From contig JAGBTY010000017.1 in NCBI GenBank assembly GCA_017631085.1, positions 77,448 through 141,447 of the forward strand: a stretch of DNA of 64,000 bases. Direction: 5' to 3'. The notes beneath the pieces were generated by a model, which worked only from the letters and a program-made list of their open reading frames with translations, was not told the DNA's origin and made no database searches. The translations under genes were made by a program, and so were the position numbers. Of the stretch, positions 1 to 9,596 are shown piece by piece. The DNA is from Clostridia bacterium (GTDB taxonomy: Bacteria; Bacillota; Clostridia; Oscillospirales; CAG-272). The stretch's first letter is position 1; each line of letters opens with the position of its first letter.

Positions 1-110
1 CAACGGTATGCAAGAGTTGTTTGTTTTGGTTCAAGTATCATATTTTTTCCTTAATATCAAAAATTATTTTAATAGCGGCATCAAAGGGTTCGATGCCGCT
101 ATGTGTTTAT

Positions 111-2045
111 TTAATAGGATTTTGCTTGCTTTGCTTTTGCCGATACCTTGTCGTTTATTTCTATCGTATAGGTATTTGTCATGTTAGTGTAATATTCGTT
201 TACACTATTAGAAAATACAACGCTCTTGGCACTGTTGTACCAAAGCTCGTCTCCGTTTTCGTAGAAGAAGAGAACCGCATAAGAAGATTCAGTAGCTCCT
301 TCGGTCTTAAATGCTACAACTTCTGTTGTAATGTCACCGAGCTTTCTTGCATCATCAAAGAGCCACTCGTCTATCTCGGTAATACCGAGACCTCCCTCTG
401 AGTAGTTTTCTATCTTATCGTTTCCGCTAAATCCGGTTGCGTTGGTTGCTTCATCTTCCATAAATGCTTCGAAGTCCTCGAGTGAGAGGTCTTTCGTTGC
501 GAGAAGCTCTTCTATTGCATCTTCAGCATCTTCCTTTGAAGAATAGATAGCATATGCAAAGTTCTTGGAATTTTCTGTATCCTTGTGAGCGGTGGATTTG
601 AGCATATAAACGGTAGTATTAAAGGTCTGTGTGTCTGCCTTGACTTCTGCATTGTCAGCTCCGTCGCCCGTTTCTACTACCTTTGTGTCAAGTGCTTTTC
701 TTCCGTCAGCAAATGCCCAGTCGGAGAGAGATTCCACTTCGTCATCCTTATCATCGGTAAAGGTGACCTTCTCGGTAAGAAGCGCTTTCTTGGATGTGAG
801 AGAAGCCTTGTGGGTGTTTTCGATAATGCTTGTCATGTATACGTTAGAGCCCTCGATGGTGAGAGTAACACCGCAAATATCAAAGCTTTTATCTGTTTTG
901 TTTTCTTTTACAATAGTTGTTTTTTCCTTGTTAGCAATAATATCCTCAACTATCTTGGGTATGATCTTGTCGCGAAGAGTCTTTGCGTTTTCATCCGAGG
1001 GCTTATCGTCTTTCGTTGCAAAAGCAGCACTCTTTACGTATTTGTCATAGTTTATTTCAACTATCTTTTCTGTTGCGTACTTTTCAAAATCATTGATGCT
1101 TGTTTTACCCTTGAGGGCTGCAGCAAGCTCCTTGGTAGCAGCTATCTTTTCTGCATATGCCTTAAGAACGGCATCCTTTTTCTCTGCAAGCTCGTTAGCA
1201 TCGTAGTTATCCTTTCCGATAACCTCCTTGGCTACGTCGGTATACTTTACCGTAAACGTATAGGAGAGATAGTCAACGATATCGTATTTTGAGCTGTTTT
1301 CGTCGTATTCGTCCTTTATCTGATCATCGGTGACTTCTTCCATGAGCATATCATTGAGATGACTGATACATTTTTCAGCAAGGAGAGAAAGCTCCATTGC
1401 CTTTTTAACGTCACCCTTTGAAACGCCCTTTCCGTAAGAAGCGGAGATGTAGGAGGAAGCAGATCCGTAGCCGTACATACTTGCCATCTGGTCGAAGGAA
1501 TCAAGAGACTGATCGATATAGGCTTTATCTTCCTCGTCGAGCTCGATTCCGAGAGCAACTGCCTCTTCACAGTAACGAAGGGTATCTTTTACAGTTTCCT
1601 TCGTGCGAGCGAGAATGTAGTCGTACCATGTTTTTCCGACAAAATCTGTTCCTATGAATGAAGTCTCATAAGCCATACCGCCCTCTGTCTTCGGAACGCC
1701 GAATTGCTGGTCATCAAGAGGCTTTGTGGTATCAAGACTGTAATTGGAGAGATAATTTTTATGTTCCTCTTGGAAGCTTTGGTATTCAAGGTTGAAGAAA
1801 TATGACATCATATTTCCGTTCACCTTAAAATTCTCACTGGAAGCAGCCGTCTGCATACGGAGGATAACACCGTTTGCTATAAGTAAGCTGGACACTACCG
1901 AAATAATAACGGTAAGAGTAATAAGTATAGCGATGAGAGACATCGCCCAGCTTGGCATCCCCTTTTTTTCCTTGGTTTTTATACCGTAAGAATTTGCAAG
2001 CTTTTCGTTTGCTCTGTTATTTCTGATTCTGTTTGATTTTCCCAT
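111..2045 (-). CDS. Membrane-anchored extracytoplasmic protein, PrsA/SurA-like foldase (degenerate parvulin modules)
   Basis: Basic N-terminus, one TM helix, SurA-N-like segment (LRYCEEAVALGIELDEED), two similar motifs LSDWAFADGRKALD and IDEWLFDDARKLGD. Confidence 0.5.
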   Translation of the reverse strand: MGKSNRIRNNRANEKLANSYGIKTKEKKGMPSWAMSLIAILITLTVIISVVSSLLIANGVILRMQTAASSENFKVNGNMMSYFFNLEYQSFQEEHKNYLSNYSLDTTKPLDDQQFGVPKTEGGMAYETSFIGTDFVGKTWYDYILARTKETVKDTLRYCEEAVALGIELDEEDKAYIDQSLDSFDQMASMYGYGSASSYISASYGKGVSKGDVKKAMELSLLAEKCISHLNDMLMEEVTDDQIKDEYDENSSKYDIVDYLSYTFTVKYTDVAKEVIGKDNYDANELAEKKDAVLKAYAEKIAATKELAAALKGKTSINDFEKYATEKIVEINYDKYVKSAAFATKDDKPSDENAKTLRDKIIPKIVEDIIANKEKTTIVKENKTDKSFDICGVTLTIEGSNVYMTSIIENTHKASLTSKKALLTEKVTFTDDKDDEVESLSDWAFADGRKALDTKVVETGDGADNAEVKADTQTFNTTVYMLKSTAHKDTENSKNFAYAIYSSKEDAEDAIEELLATKDLSLEDFEAFMEDEATNATGFSGNDKIENYSEGGLGITEIDEWLFDDARKLGDITTEVVAFKTEGATESSYAVLFFYENGDELWYNSAKSVVFSNSVNEYYTNMTNTYTIEINDKVSAKAKQAKSY

Positions 2046-2173
2046 GGGGGTTTTCCACCTTTATTTTTATTTTCTTTCAGCCTTTGCTGAAGCTATCAAT
2101 ATATTATACAATTATTGAGTGATAAAATCTTGAATTAGATATGAATATACTATGAATTTATAGATTTTTTTGA

Positions 2174-3850
2174 TCAAACATTCATAATTACGGGGAGTAC
2201 CATAGGCTTACGTTTGGTTTTCGAATAAAGATATTTTGAAAGATCGTCCTTAACGCACGCCTTGAGTTCCATTCTGTCGATCTTGTCTCTTCGGAGCAGA
2301 CAGTCGTTTATAGCCTCTGCTGCAATAGAGCGAACGTCTTCCATAAGCTCTTCCGATTCTCTGACGTAAACGAATCCCCTGGATACTACGTCAGGGCCTG
2401 AAAGAAGAAGTCTGGATTCGGTATCTACCGTTGCGACTACAACAATAAGACCGTCTTGAGCCAGATGACGTCTGTCTCGAAGAACAATATTTCCAACGTC
2501 ACCCACGCCGTAGCCGTCAACGAGTATCTTGCCCGATGGAACAGTTCCTGCGAATCTCGCACCCTTTGAGTCTATCTCAAGCACTTTTCCAATTTCGGAA
2601 ATAAAGATATTTCGGTCTTCAATTCCCATGTCGAGCGCAAGTGCTCTGTTTGCCGCAAGATGTCTGTATTCTCCGTGAACGGGAAGAAAATACTTGGGCT
2701 TGACAAGCGCTTGCATGAGCTTAAGCTCTTCCTGACAAGCGTGTCCCGAAACGTGTACTTCAGCAACGGCGTCGTGAAGGACGTTTACTCCGTTCTTTAT
2801 AAGCTCATTTATTATTCTTCCTACAAGCTTTTCGTTTCCCGGAATAGCGCTTGAGGAGAGTACAACAAGGTCATTCCTTCCGAGTGTGACTTGAGCATGA
2901 TCGGAAAATGCCATTCTGTAAAGAGCCGACATGGGCTCTCCTTGGCTTCCTGTAGTAACCAGAGTCAGCTCTTCAGGACGGAAACGCTTTATTTCATTTA
3001 TGTCAACGAGAACGCCCTCGGGAACGGTCATATAGCCAAGCTCGATAGCGGCACTGATTATATTCTGCATACTGCGTCCCGTAATAGCGACACGTCTGCC
3101 GTGATTTAGGCTTACGTTTATTATTTGCTGAACTCTGTGAACGTTAGAGGAAAAGGTCGCTATGACTATTCTCTTGTCTTTGTTAGCGTTGAAAATATAT
3201 TCGAGCGATCTTCCCACGTTTTTTTCCGAGGGAGTATATCCGGGTCTTTCTGCGTTTGTTGACTCACACATAAGAAGGAGAGTGCCTCTTCTTCCTATTT
3301 CTCCAAGACGGGTAATGTTCATCATGTCTCCGTCTATTGGGCTTATGTCAAGCTTAAAGTCTCCCGAATGAACTACCATTCCGAGAGGAGTAGAGATAGC
3401 GAGACAGCAAGCATCTGCTATGGAGTGGTTGACATGGATAAATTCAGCTGCAAAAGAGCCGAGTCTTACCGTTTGACCTGCCTTTACGCAATTAAGCTGG
3501 GGCTCGAAAGGAAGCTGATGCTCTTCGAGCTTGTATTTTATAATACCGAGAGTCAGCTTCGTGCCGTATATAGGTGCATTTATTTGTCTTAAAAAGTATG
3601 GAATACCGCCGATATGGTCTTCATGTCCATGGGTGAGAAGTATTCCTCTTATTTTTTCCTTGTTGGCTTCGAGATAAGATATATCGGGGATCACAAGGTC
3701 AATACCCGGCATTTCCTCGTCGGGAAAGCCAAGACCGCAGTCTATTATTATTATATCGTCTCCGTATTCAAGGACGGTAAGGTTTTTTCCTATCTCGTTA
3801 AGACCGCCGAGAGGAATTATACGGAGCTTGCCTTTTTCTTTTTTGGGCAT
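2174..3850 (-). CDS. rnj: Ribonuclease J
   Basis: LGGLNEIGKN, THGHEDHIGG, HVSGHA, PVHGEYRH motifs; 558 aa. Confidence 0.97.
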   Translation of the reverse strand: MPKKEKGKLRIIPLGGLNEIGKNLTVLEYGDDIIIIDCGLGFPDEEMPGIDLVIPDISYLEANKEKIRGILLTHGHEDHIGGIPYFLRQINAPIYGTKLTLGIIKYKLEEHQLPFEPQLNCVKAGQTVRLGSFAAEFIHVNHSIADACCLAISTPLGMVVHSGDFKLDISPIDGDMMNITRLGEIGRRGTLLLMCESTNAERPGYTPSEKNVGRSLEYIFNANKDKRIVIATFSSNVHRVQQIINVSLNHGRRVAITGRSMQNIISAAIELGYMTVPEGVLVDINEIKRFRPEELTLVTTGSQGEPMSALYRMAFSDHAQVTLGRNDLVVLSSSAIPGNEKLVGRIINELIKNGVNVLHDAVAEVHVSGHACQEELKLMQALVKPKYFLPVHGEYRHLAANRALALDMGIEDRNIFISEIGKVLEIDSKGARFAGTVPSGKILVDGYGVGDVGNIVLRDRRHLAQDGLIVVVATVDTESRLLLSGPDVVSRGFVYVRESEELMEDVRSIAAEAINDCLLRRDKIDRMELKACVKDDLSKYLYSKTKRKPMVLPVIMNV

Positions 3851-4047
3851 AGATACAGTTATGCTTCCTTTCTGTGATTTTTATAATTTTATAGTAAAGC
3901 TTTGCGGTATTTACGCCCTTGACGCATCGGCGTAAATCCTTGCAAAAGAAGTGATACGGAGCAGAGGGTGTTGCCTTTGCTGTCAATAGAAAAAGCAGTA
4001 CCGCTCTCTGCTATTTCCTTGACTTCCTAAATTTAAATCCAATGAAC

Positions 4048-4076
4048 ATTATACCATAACCAAGAAATTTTGTCAA
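4048..4076 (-). promoter_or_regulatory. sigmaA promoter of rnj
   Basis: Minus strand TTGACA-17-TATAAT with extended TG; about 190 nt upstream of the rnj start. Confidence 0.7.
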
Positions 4077-4086
4077 TAGAGAGGAG

Positions 4087-4365
4087 TTAGGATAGGAATA
4101 GCATCAATCCCCATAAAATACCAATCATAGATGCTCCGAAAAGAGCACCGATAATGAACATAATAAAACGCGAGGGGCATTTTTTTCTGTGCTTGTGCGT
4201 TAGTATTCCGCTGTCTGTTATGATCCTGTTAGCTTCCTTTATCATTTCAGATTTATCGCATCTGGAAGGTTTTTTGTCGTCCTTGATTATAAAATACGCT
4301 CTCTCGAATATATTGCTGGATTTCGGTTGTATCATAATAACGTTTTTTTGAATTCCCTTTAGCAT
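4087..4365 (-). CDS. Small hypothetical protein with C-terminal TM helix
   Basis: 92 aa ORF with RBS (AAGGAAAGG) and hydrophobic C-terminus. Confidence 0.7.
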   Translation of the reverse strand: MLKGIQKNVIMIQPKSSNIFERAYFIIKDDKKPSRCDKSEMIKEANRIITDSGILTHKHRKKCPSRFIMFIIGALFGASMIGILWGLMLFLS

Positions 4366-4586
4366 TTTTAGATAGCCTTTCCTTAATATTTATGTATCCT
4401 TGAGGAAAAGTATTTCCAAAAAAGTGCAGTATAATTCTAAAAAAAGAATAAAAAAAGTAAATATCCAAAAAATGTAAAATAAATGTTAACATTCAAAAAG
4501 TGTATTGATAAATAAAATAAAAAAATGTATAATAATGTCAATCAGAAAAATATATAGTCGAATTTTTGAAAAAGGAGGAAATGAAA

Positions 4587-4832
4587 ATGAAATCAACAGG
4601 TGTAGTTAGAAAAGTAGATGAACTTGGAAGAATAGTTTTACCGATCGAAATAAGAAAGGTCCTCGACATAAATCAAAAGGACGCTATTGAGATATTTACC
4701 GACGAGGACAAAATAATTCTCCAGAAGTATCAGCCTGCATGTGTATTCTGCAATAATGTAACCGACGTTATTTACTTTAACGGCAAAAGAATATGCAAGG
4801 ATTGTATTGCGAAACTTAAAGAGCAAATGTGA
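4587..4832 (+). CDS. abrB: AbrB/SpoVT-family transition-state regulator
   Basis: MKSTGVVRKVDELGRIVLPIEIR, C-terminal CVFC..CKDC; AGGAGG 8 nt upstream of ATG 4587. Confidence 0.93.
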   Translation: MKSTGVVRKVDELGRIVLPIEIRKVLDINQKDAIEIFTDEDKIILQKYQPACVFCNNVTDVIYFNGKRICKDCIAKLKEQM

Positions 4833-4879
4833 ATAAATATTAAGTGGGGAACGGTTTGATCCGTTCCCCGTTTAATATT

Positions 4880-5713
4880 TTATACTTTAAACCTTTTTGC
4901 GTATCCGCAACGGCGGCAAAGCTCCGAGACGGCTTTTCTATTTTTGAATCCGTCCTTTATTTTTTGAGCTTTTTCCGAAGAAAGAATTTCGGACAGAGGA
5001 GTATCAAATATATTTCCGAGAGTGAGTAGTCCGTCGCTGTCAAGACAGCAGGGAACGACGCTTCCGTCCGAGAGAATACCGAAATGGTCGGAGAGTCCGT
5101 AGCAAAATACGTTTTCTCCACCGTCGGAAGCCGAAAGCGATGGCCATTCAAACCGTTCTCCGTATTCAAGGTGAAGCCTATGGCGTATTCTTGCGCCTCT
5201 GTCGGAGTCGTGCCACGCGTTGATCCCAAAGGCATCTTTTATCATTTTGAGCGCTTTTTCGTTTCTTTCTTTGTCAAAATCTCCGTTCCAAAGACGAAGA
5301 ACCGTAAGTATTCCTTTGTCATTTGCTTTTTTTGCAAAATCAAGACAGGATAGAGTGTATTTTTCAAATTCTTCTTCAGAAAGGTCAGCGAAGCTGTGGA
5401 GCGATATATTGACCTTGTAAACACCCGATTCAATAAGAGTGTCACCAACGGTTGGAAGAATAGTTCCGTTTGTCGTAACTGCCGAATTAAATCCGCGAGA
5501 CGAGGCAAGTTTTATAAATTCGGGAAGCTCCTTATGGAGCAAGGGTTCTCCCATAAGGTGATAGTATATATATTTCGTTACTCCCTCGAGCTCGGAAAGG
5601 ATATGCTCAAAATTTTCTTTTTGCATCATAATAGGAGTTCTTTTTGTTTTGGGACAAAACGAGCAATTTTTATTGCAGATATTGGTGATCTCAACGTAAA
5701 CTCTTGAATACAT
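4880..5713 (-). CDS. Radical SAM protein with SPASM/twitch domain
   Basis: CNKNCSFC motif, GEPLLH, C-terminal C..PCCLD..CRRC. Confidence 0.9.
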   Translation of the reverse strand: MYSRVYVEITNICNKNCSFCPKTKRTPIMMQKENFEHILSELEGVTKYIYYHLMGEPLLHKELPEFIKLASSRGFNSAVTTNGTILPTVGDTLIESGVYKVNISLHSFADLSEEEFEKYTLSCLDFAKKANDKGILTVLRLWNGDFDKERNEKALKMIKDAFGINAWHDSDRGARIRHRLHLEYGERFEWPSLSASDGGENVFCYGLSDHFGILSDGSVVPCCLDSDGLLTLGNIFDTPLSEILSSEKAQKIKDGFKNRKAVSELCRRCGYAKRFKV

Positions 5714-5895
5714 TTTAGGTCTCCTTGTTTTTTATAAAACTATTTTATCACTCATTTTATTCTGTGTCAAGAAAGGTCGGAAAAATATAGGCGTCAACCT
5801 AAAAAAATGTAACAATATGCGTAATATTTGCTTGACAATTACGGTCAATTTGAGTTATAATGTGTATGATAATAAATAGAAAAAGAGGAGATATT

Positions 5896-7182
5896 ATGGA
5901 TCTTACAGCCATACTTAAAAATCTTGAAAATTGTCCTTGCGGAAAGAAACATACTTTTTATACCGAAAGAGTAGAAATATCCTCGGGTGCAACGAAAAAA
6001 ACAGGAGCGATACTGTCGGAAGTGAATTTTCCTAAAAACGTACTGTTAGTTGCTGACGAGAAGACATGGGGTGTAGCAGATGCCGAAGGGTTGTCCGCAT
6101 CTCTTGCAGAGTGTGGATTTACGGTAAAGAAGCTCATATACAGCAGCATGATGTACGCACGTATCGAGCAGGTTGTAGAACTGAAGGCTCTTGCGGCAGA
6201 CGTAGACGGAATTATTTCGGTGGGTACAGGCTCTCTTAACGATATCTGCAGAGTTACGTCACACGAAATGGGCAAAAAGTTCTGTATCTTCGCCACTGCG
6301 CCCTCAATGGACGGCTTTGCGTCGGATACTGCGCCCATAATCGAAAACAACTTCAAGACCTCGTGGTTCGTAGAGCAGCCCTACGTCATAATTGCCGATA
6401 CAAAGATCCTTGCAGAGTCTCCCGCAGAGCTTAAGGCTGCAGGATACGGAGACATGGTCGCAAAGTATATGGGACTTGCCGATTGGCGTATTGCAAACGT
6501 TCTCACGGGCGAATATTACTGCGAAAATATCGCAAAGGTCACCGAGGACGCACTTGCAAAGATGGTAGCTCTTACCGACAGAGTGCAGAGCAATGACGAG
6601 GAAGCGGCAGGAGCTATTATGGAGGCTCTCGTTCTTTCGGGACTCGCAATGAAGCTTGCAGGCTGTTCACGCCCCGCATCTGGTTCTGAGCACGTTGTTT
6701 CTCACTATTGGGAATGCTATAAGCTGGCACGTGGCATCTGGCCCGAATTCCACGGAAAGAAAGTAGGCGTCGCATCGCTTATTATCAACGATCTCTATAG
6801 AAACCTTGCAGATAAACTTCCTGAAGTAAAGGCAACGGCTGATCCTACCGATTGGGAAGATGTATATTCTAAATTCTCTCCGGACCAGCTTCCCGAAGTA
6901 AAGAAGCTCAATACTCCCACGATAACCGATAAGGTAGATCCAAAGAAGCTTGAGGAGTGCTGGGGTGAGATAAGAAAAATAATATATGAGTCTCTTCCCG
7001 AGACAGAAAAGCTTCGTGAGCTTATGAAGAGAGCAGGATGCGTTACCGAGATAGAGGATATTAATGTAAGTCAGGAGCTTTTCGAGACGGGAATACGTTA
7101 TCATTCCTATATGCGTTATCGCATACTTCTTACGCGTTTGTTGCCAATGATCGGTGTTGATCCCATAGATTATATAGGCTGA
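5896..7182 (+). CDS. sn-glycerol-1-phosphate dehydrogenase (EgsA/AraM family)
   Basis: GTGSLNDICR, TAPSMDGFAS, SRPASGSEHVVSHYWE, HGKKVG; RBS GAGGAG before ATG 5896. Confidence 0.88.
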   Translation: MDLTAILKNLENCPCGKKHTFYTERVEISSGATKKTGAILSEVNFPKNVLLVADEKTWGVADAEGLSASLAECGFTVKKLIYSSMMYARIEQVVELKALAADVDGIISVGTGSLNDICRVTSHEMGKKFCIFATAPSMDGFASDTAPIIENNFKTSWFVEQPYVIIADTKILAESPAELKAAGYGDMVAKYMGLADWRIANVLTGEYYCENIAKVTEDALAKMVALTDRVQSNDEEAAGAIMEALVLSGLAMKLAGCSRPASGSEHVVSHYWECYKLARGIWPEFHGKKVGVASLIINDLYRNLADKLPEVKATADPTDWEDVYSKFSPDQLPEVKKLNTPTITDKVDPKKLEECWGEIRKIIYESLPETEKLRELMKRAGCVTEIEDINVSQELFETGIRYHSYMRYRILLTRLLPMIGVDPIDYIG

Positions 7183-7186
7183 TCGT

Positions 7187-7225
7187 AAAAGCCCATAAGA
7201 ACGTATCAAGTTCTTATGGGTTTTT
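7187..7225 (+). terminator. Intrinsic terminator
   Basis: CCCATAAGAAC-loop-GTTCTTATGGG followed by T tract. Confidence 0.75.
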
Positions 7226-7307
7226 GCTTTGACATTCTTAAATTTTTAAGAAACGGCAGAATATTTTTTCCGTACGGGCAAAGAATAATTTTATAAAACA
7301 GCGGCGT

Positions 7308-8483
7308 ATGGGGGAAAGAATGAAGGTCATAGCGGGTAAAGAGGGAAGCGGGAACGGAAAGGCAGTTATGGGAAGGATCGTTTTCCCTTATGACGAAAGA
7401 TATGATACGGTAAAGATGGGGGAGGCATTGATCCCTATTGTATATGACTTGAATTCGGAGATACTTGAAGATACTTGCGTGGTGGGGGCGGTATTGATAT
7501 CTTCGAAAAACGAAACCTCACTTCAATTTGATACTTCTTTTCCTTTTTTGGTCGTGGAGAGAGGAAATGAAAAAACACTTAAAGAGATAAGCGGGAAGCT
7601 TGCCTATCTTGACGCACAAAGCAGACTGCTTATTTCCACCCCTGATATTGATACGGTAAATAAATACGAGAATCAAAAGCGAAGGGAAGAAGATATAAAG
7701 TATCGGTTGCCTGTGATATCAACCAAAATGCCTTTATTGTCGTGCGATATAAAAAATATAACCGACACAGAAGGAGCACGCGGTATACTTGTGGATATGG
7801 ATAAAATTGGGTTAAAGGACGAAGATGCGGTTTTTAATTTTTTAACAAAAATATGCGATACGTCTCCCACCAAGCCTTTGAGTGTCAAGCTCTCATACTC
7901 TAATTCAAAGGAAGAAGTGGAAAAAAACGGGGCTATGATCAGAGGAATATATAGGGCATCTGTATATGGGAACATATCAATAATGTGTGCCGGATTTTCT
8001 CATATTGAGGAGATAGAAGAATACGGAAAGCTTCTTTCCGAGAGCTTTTGTAGGCTTGAGGAGTCGGGGAGAGAAATAAATGGATTTATGGAAAGAGGAA
8101 TAGTTTGCGACAGTTACGTGATTTTGTTTTCACTATTGTCAAAACGCGTATCCAAGGGAGTAGGAAAGGGAAGTAGAATTCTTGATGGAGTTGATTTTAT
8201 CTGCTTTGATATGGATAAGCTTTCGGAAAAGTGGCTGATAAAAGAAAAGGGAAGATTCCTTACCTCTCCCATTTGGGGTATAAAATATATTATTGATAAT
8301 TTTCCGAAATATAAGCTCATTGTAAAAAAGGCAGAGACCGCAAGGCTTTTGAGGGCCTTGTCGGTGGAAAACGGCTGGGAAAATATTTTGCCCCCCTGTG
8401 AGATATACGTGTTGCCCAAAAGCATTGACAGCGTAAAGTCGGCAGTGTCGATGTGGGGGGAGAAGAATACTGATAGAGAATGA
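7308..8483 (+). CDS. Divergent homolog of PTS enzyme I / PEP-utilising enzyme, probably non-catalytic
   Basis: MIRGIYRASVYGNISIMCAG..EEIEE and VDFICFDMDKL resemble PtsI RAILRASAYGNLRIMFP and VDFFSIGTNDL; catalytic motifs not seen. Confidence 0.55.
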   Translation: MGERMKVIAGKEGSGNGKAVMGRIVFPYDERYDTVKMGEALIPIVYDLNSEILEDTCVVGAVLISSKNETSLQFDTSFPFLVVERGNEKTLKEISGKLAYLDAQSRLLISTPDIDTVNKYENQKRREEDIKYRLPVISTKMPLLSCDIKNITDTEGARGILVDMDKIGLKDEDAVFNFLTKICDTSPTKPLSVKLSYSNSKEEVEKNGAMIRGIYRASVYGNISIMCAGFSHIEEIEEYGKLLSESFCRLEESGREINGFMERGIVCDSYVILFSLLSKRVSKGVGKGSRILDGVDFICFDMDKLSEKWLIKEKGRFLTSPIWGIKYIIDNFPKYKLIVKKAETARLLRALSVENGWENILPPCEIYVLPKSIDSVKSAVSMWGEKNTDRE

Positions 8484-8492
8484 AATTTTGTG

Positions 8493-8767
8493 GCTACTTC
8501 GAATCCCTTTTTGCAATGCGCGCAACAAAAAAGGCGGATGCTTTTTGCATCCACCTTTTTAGTGGCACGCCGTAAGGGATTCTTCTCGAATTTTGCAAAC
8601 CTGTTCTATTATTTTTTTGAAAGCTTTGCAAAATTCTTTAGTCAACGCCAAAAAACGATTCACAGGATCGTTTTTTTGCTACTTCGAATCCCTTTTTGTA
8701 TGCGCGCAACAAAAAAAGGCGGATGCTTTTTGCATCCACCTTTTTAGTGGCACGCCGTAAGGGATTC
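8493..8767 (-). repeat. About 90 bp direct repeat (period 185 bp) containing the tRNA-Arg 3' end and its terminator
   Basis: 8493-8582 nearly identical to 8678-8767; TGGCACGCCGTAAGGGATTC at 8563 and 8748. Confidence 0.92.
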
Positions 8768-8824
8768 GAACCCCCGACCTTTTGGTTCGTAGCCAAACAC
8801 TCTATCCAGCTGAGCTAACGGCGC
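8748..8824 (-). tRNA. tRNA-Arg(ACG)
   Basis: GCGCCGTTAGCTCAGCTGGATAGAG..TTTGG-CT-ACG-AA-CCAAA..GGTTCGAATCC..GCCA, 77 nt cloverleaf with encoded CCA. Confidence 0.97.
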
Positions 8825-8938
8825 TTTTTTACGCATACTACTTTCTGCGTACCTAATTATTATACCACAAATTTTTTTGATGTCAATAGTTTTTTAAAAA
8901 TTTATTTGCGTTTTATTTTTTGTAGCGCAAAAACAGAA

Positions 8939-9553
8939 TCATTTATATACCGCTCTCGGACCGCCGATGTATTTAGGACGGGTGTAGGCACAGATCACGT
9001 TTGCAAATCCGAGCTTTGAGGCAGAGAGCCTTATCGGAACGGCAACGTGGCGGAGGTGCATACCTATAAGTGTTCCTCCAATATCAAGTCCTGCGTGTCC
9101 TTTTATTGTTTCTACCGCTACGGGATCGGTCATGCGGTCGTATACGGCAGTCGCAAATGAGCCTCCCGCTTTTGGCATGGGGCGTACCGAAACAGGATCA
9201 AGTCCGTATTTTTCGGCACACTCACGCTCTACGATAATGGCTCTGTTTAGATGCTCACAGCACTGTGCCGCAAGGTATATGCCCTTTCCCTCAAGAGCGG
9301 ACATTATTCCGTCGAGCAGAGTATCGGCTACCTCGGGAACAGATGCTTTGCCTATAGTGTTCCCAATAATTTCCGACGTTGAACAGCCGATCACGAGAAT
9401 TTGCCTTTCTTTTAATTCTGTCTTTTCTAAAAGCTCCTCGACCAGTGCTTTTGCGTCTTTTTTTAGCTCTGCCAGAAATTTTTCTGCAGAATCCGAAAGA
9501 GAAGCGGTTCCGTTTTCATTAAGCATTACCAGATCACTCATTTTATCCTCCAA
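8939..9553 (-). CDS. TIGR01440 / YwlG family protein
   Basis: GCSTSEIIG, QCCEHLNRA, PKAGGSFAT, GLDIGGTLIGMHL, RPKYIGGPRA; start may be 9541. Confidence 0.9.
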   Translation of the reverse strand: MEDKMSDLVMLNENGTASLSDSAEKFLAELKKDAKALVEELLEKTELKERQILVIGCSTSEIIGNTIGKASVPEVADTLLDGIMSALEGKGIYLAAQCCEHLNRAIIVERECAEKYGLDPVSVRPMPKAGGSFATAVYDRMTDPVAVETIKGHAGLDIGGTLIGMHLRHVAVPIRLSASKLGFANVICAYTRPKYIGGPRAVYK

Positions 9554-9596
9554 AAATGGCTGTCACAAATTTTAAATTTGTGACAGCCAATATTTA

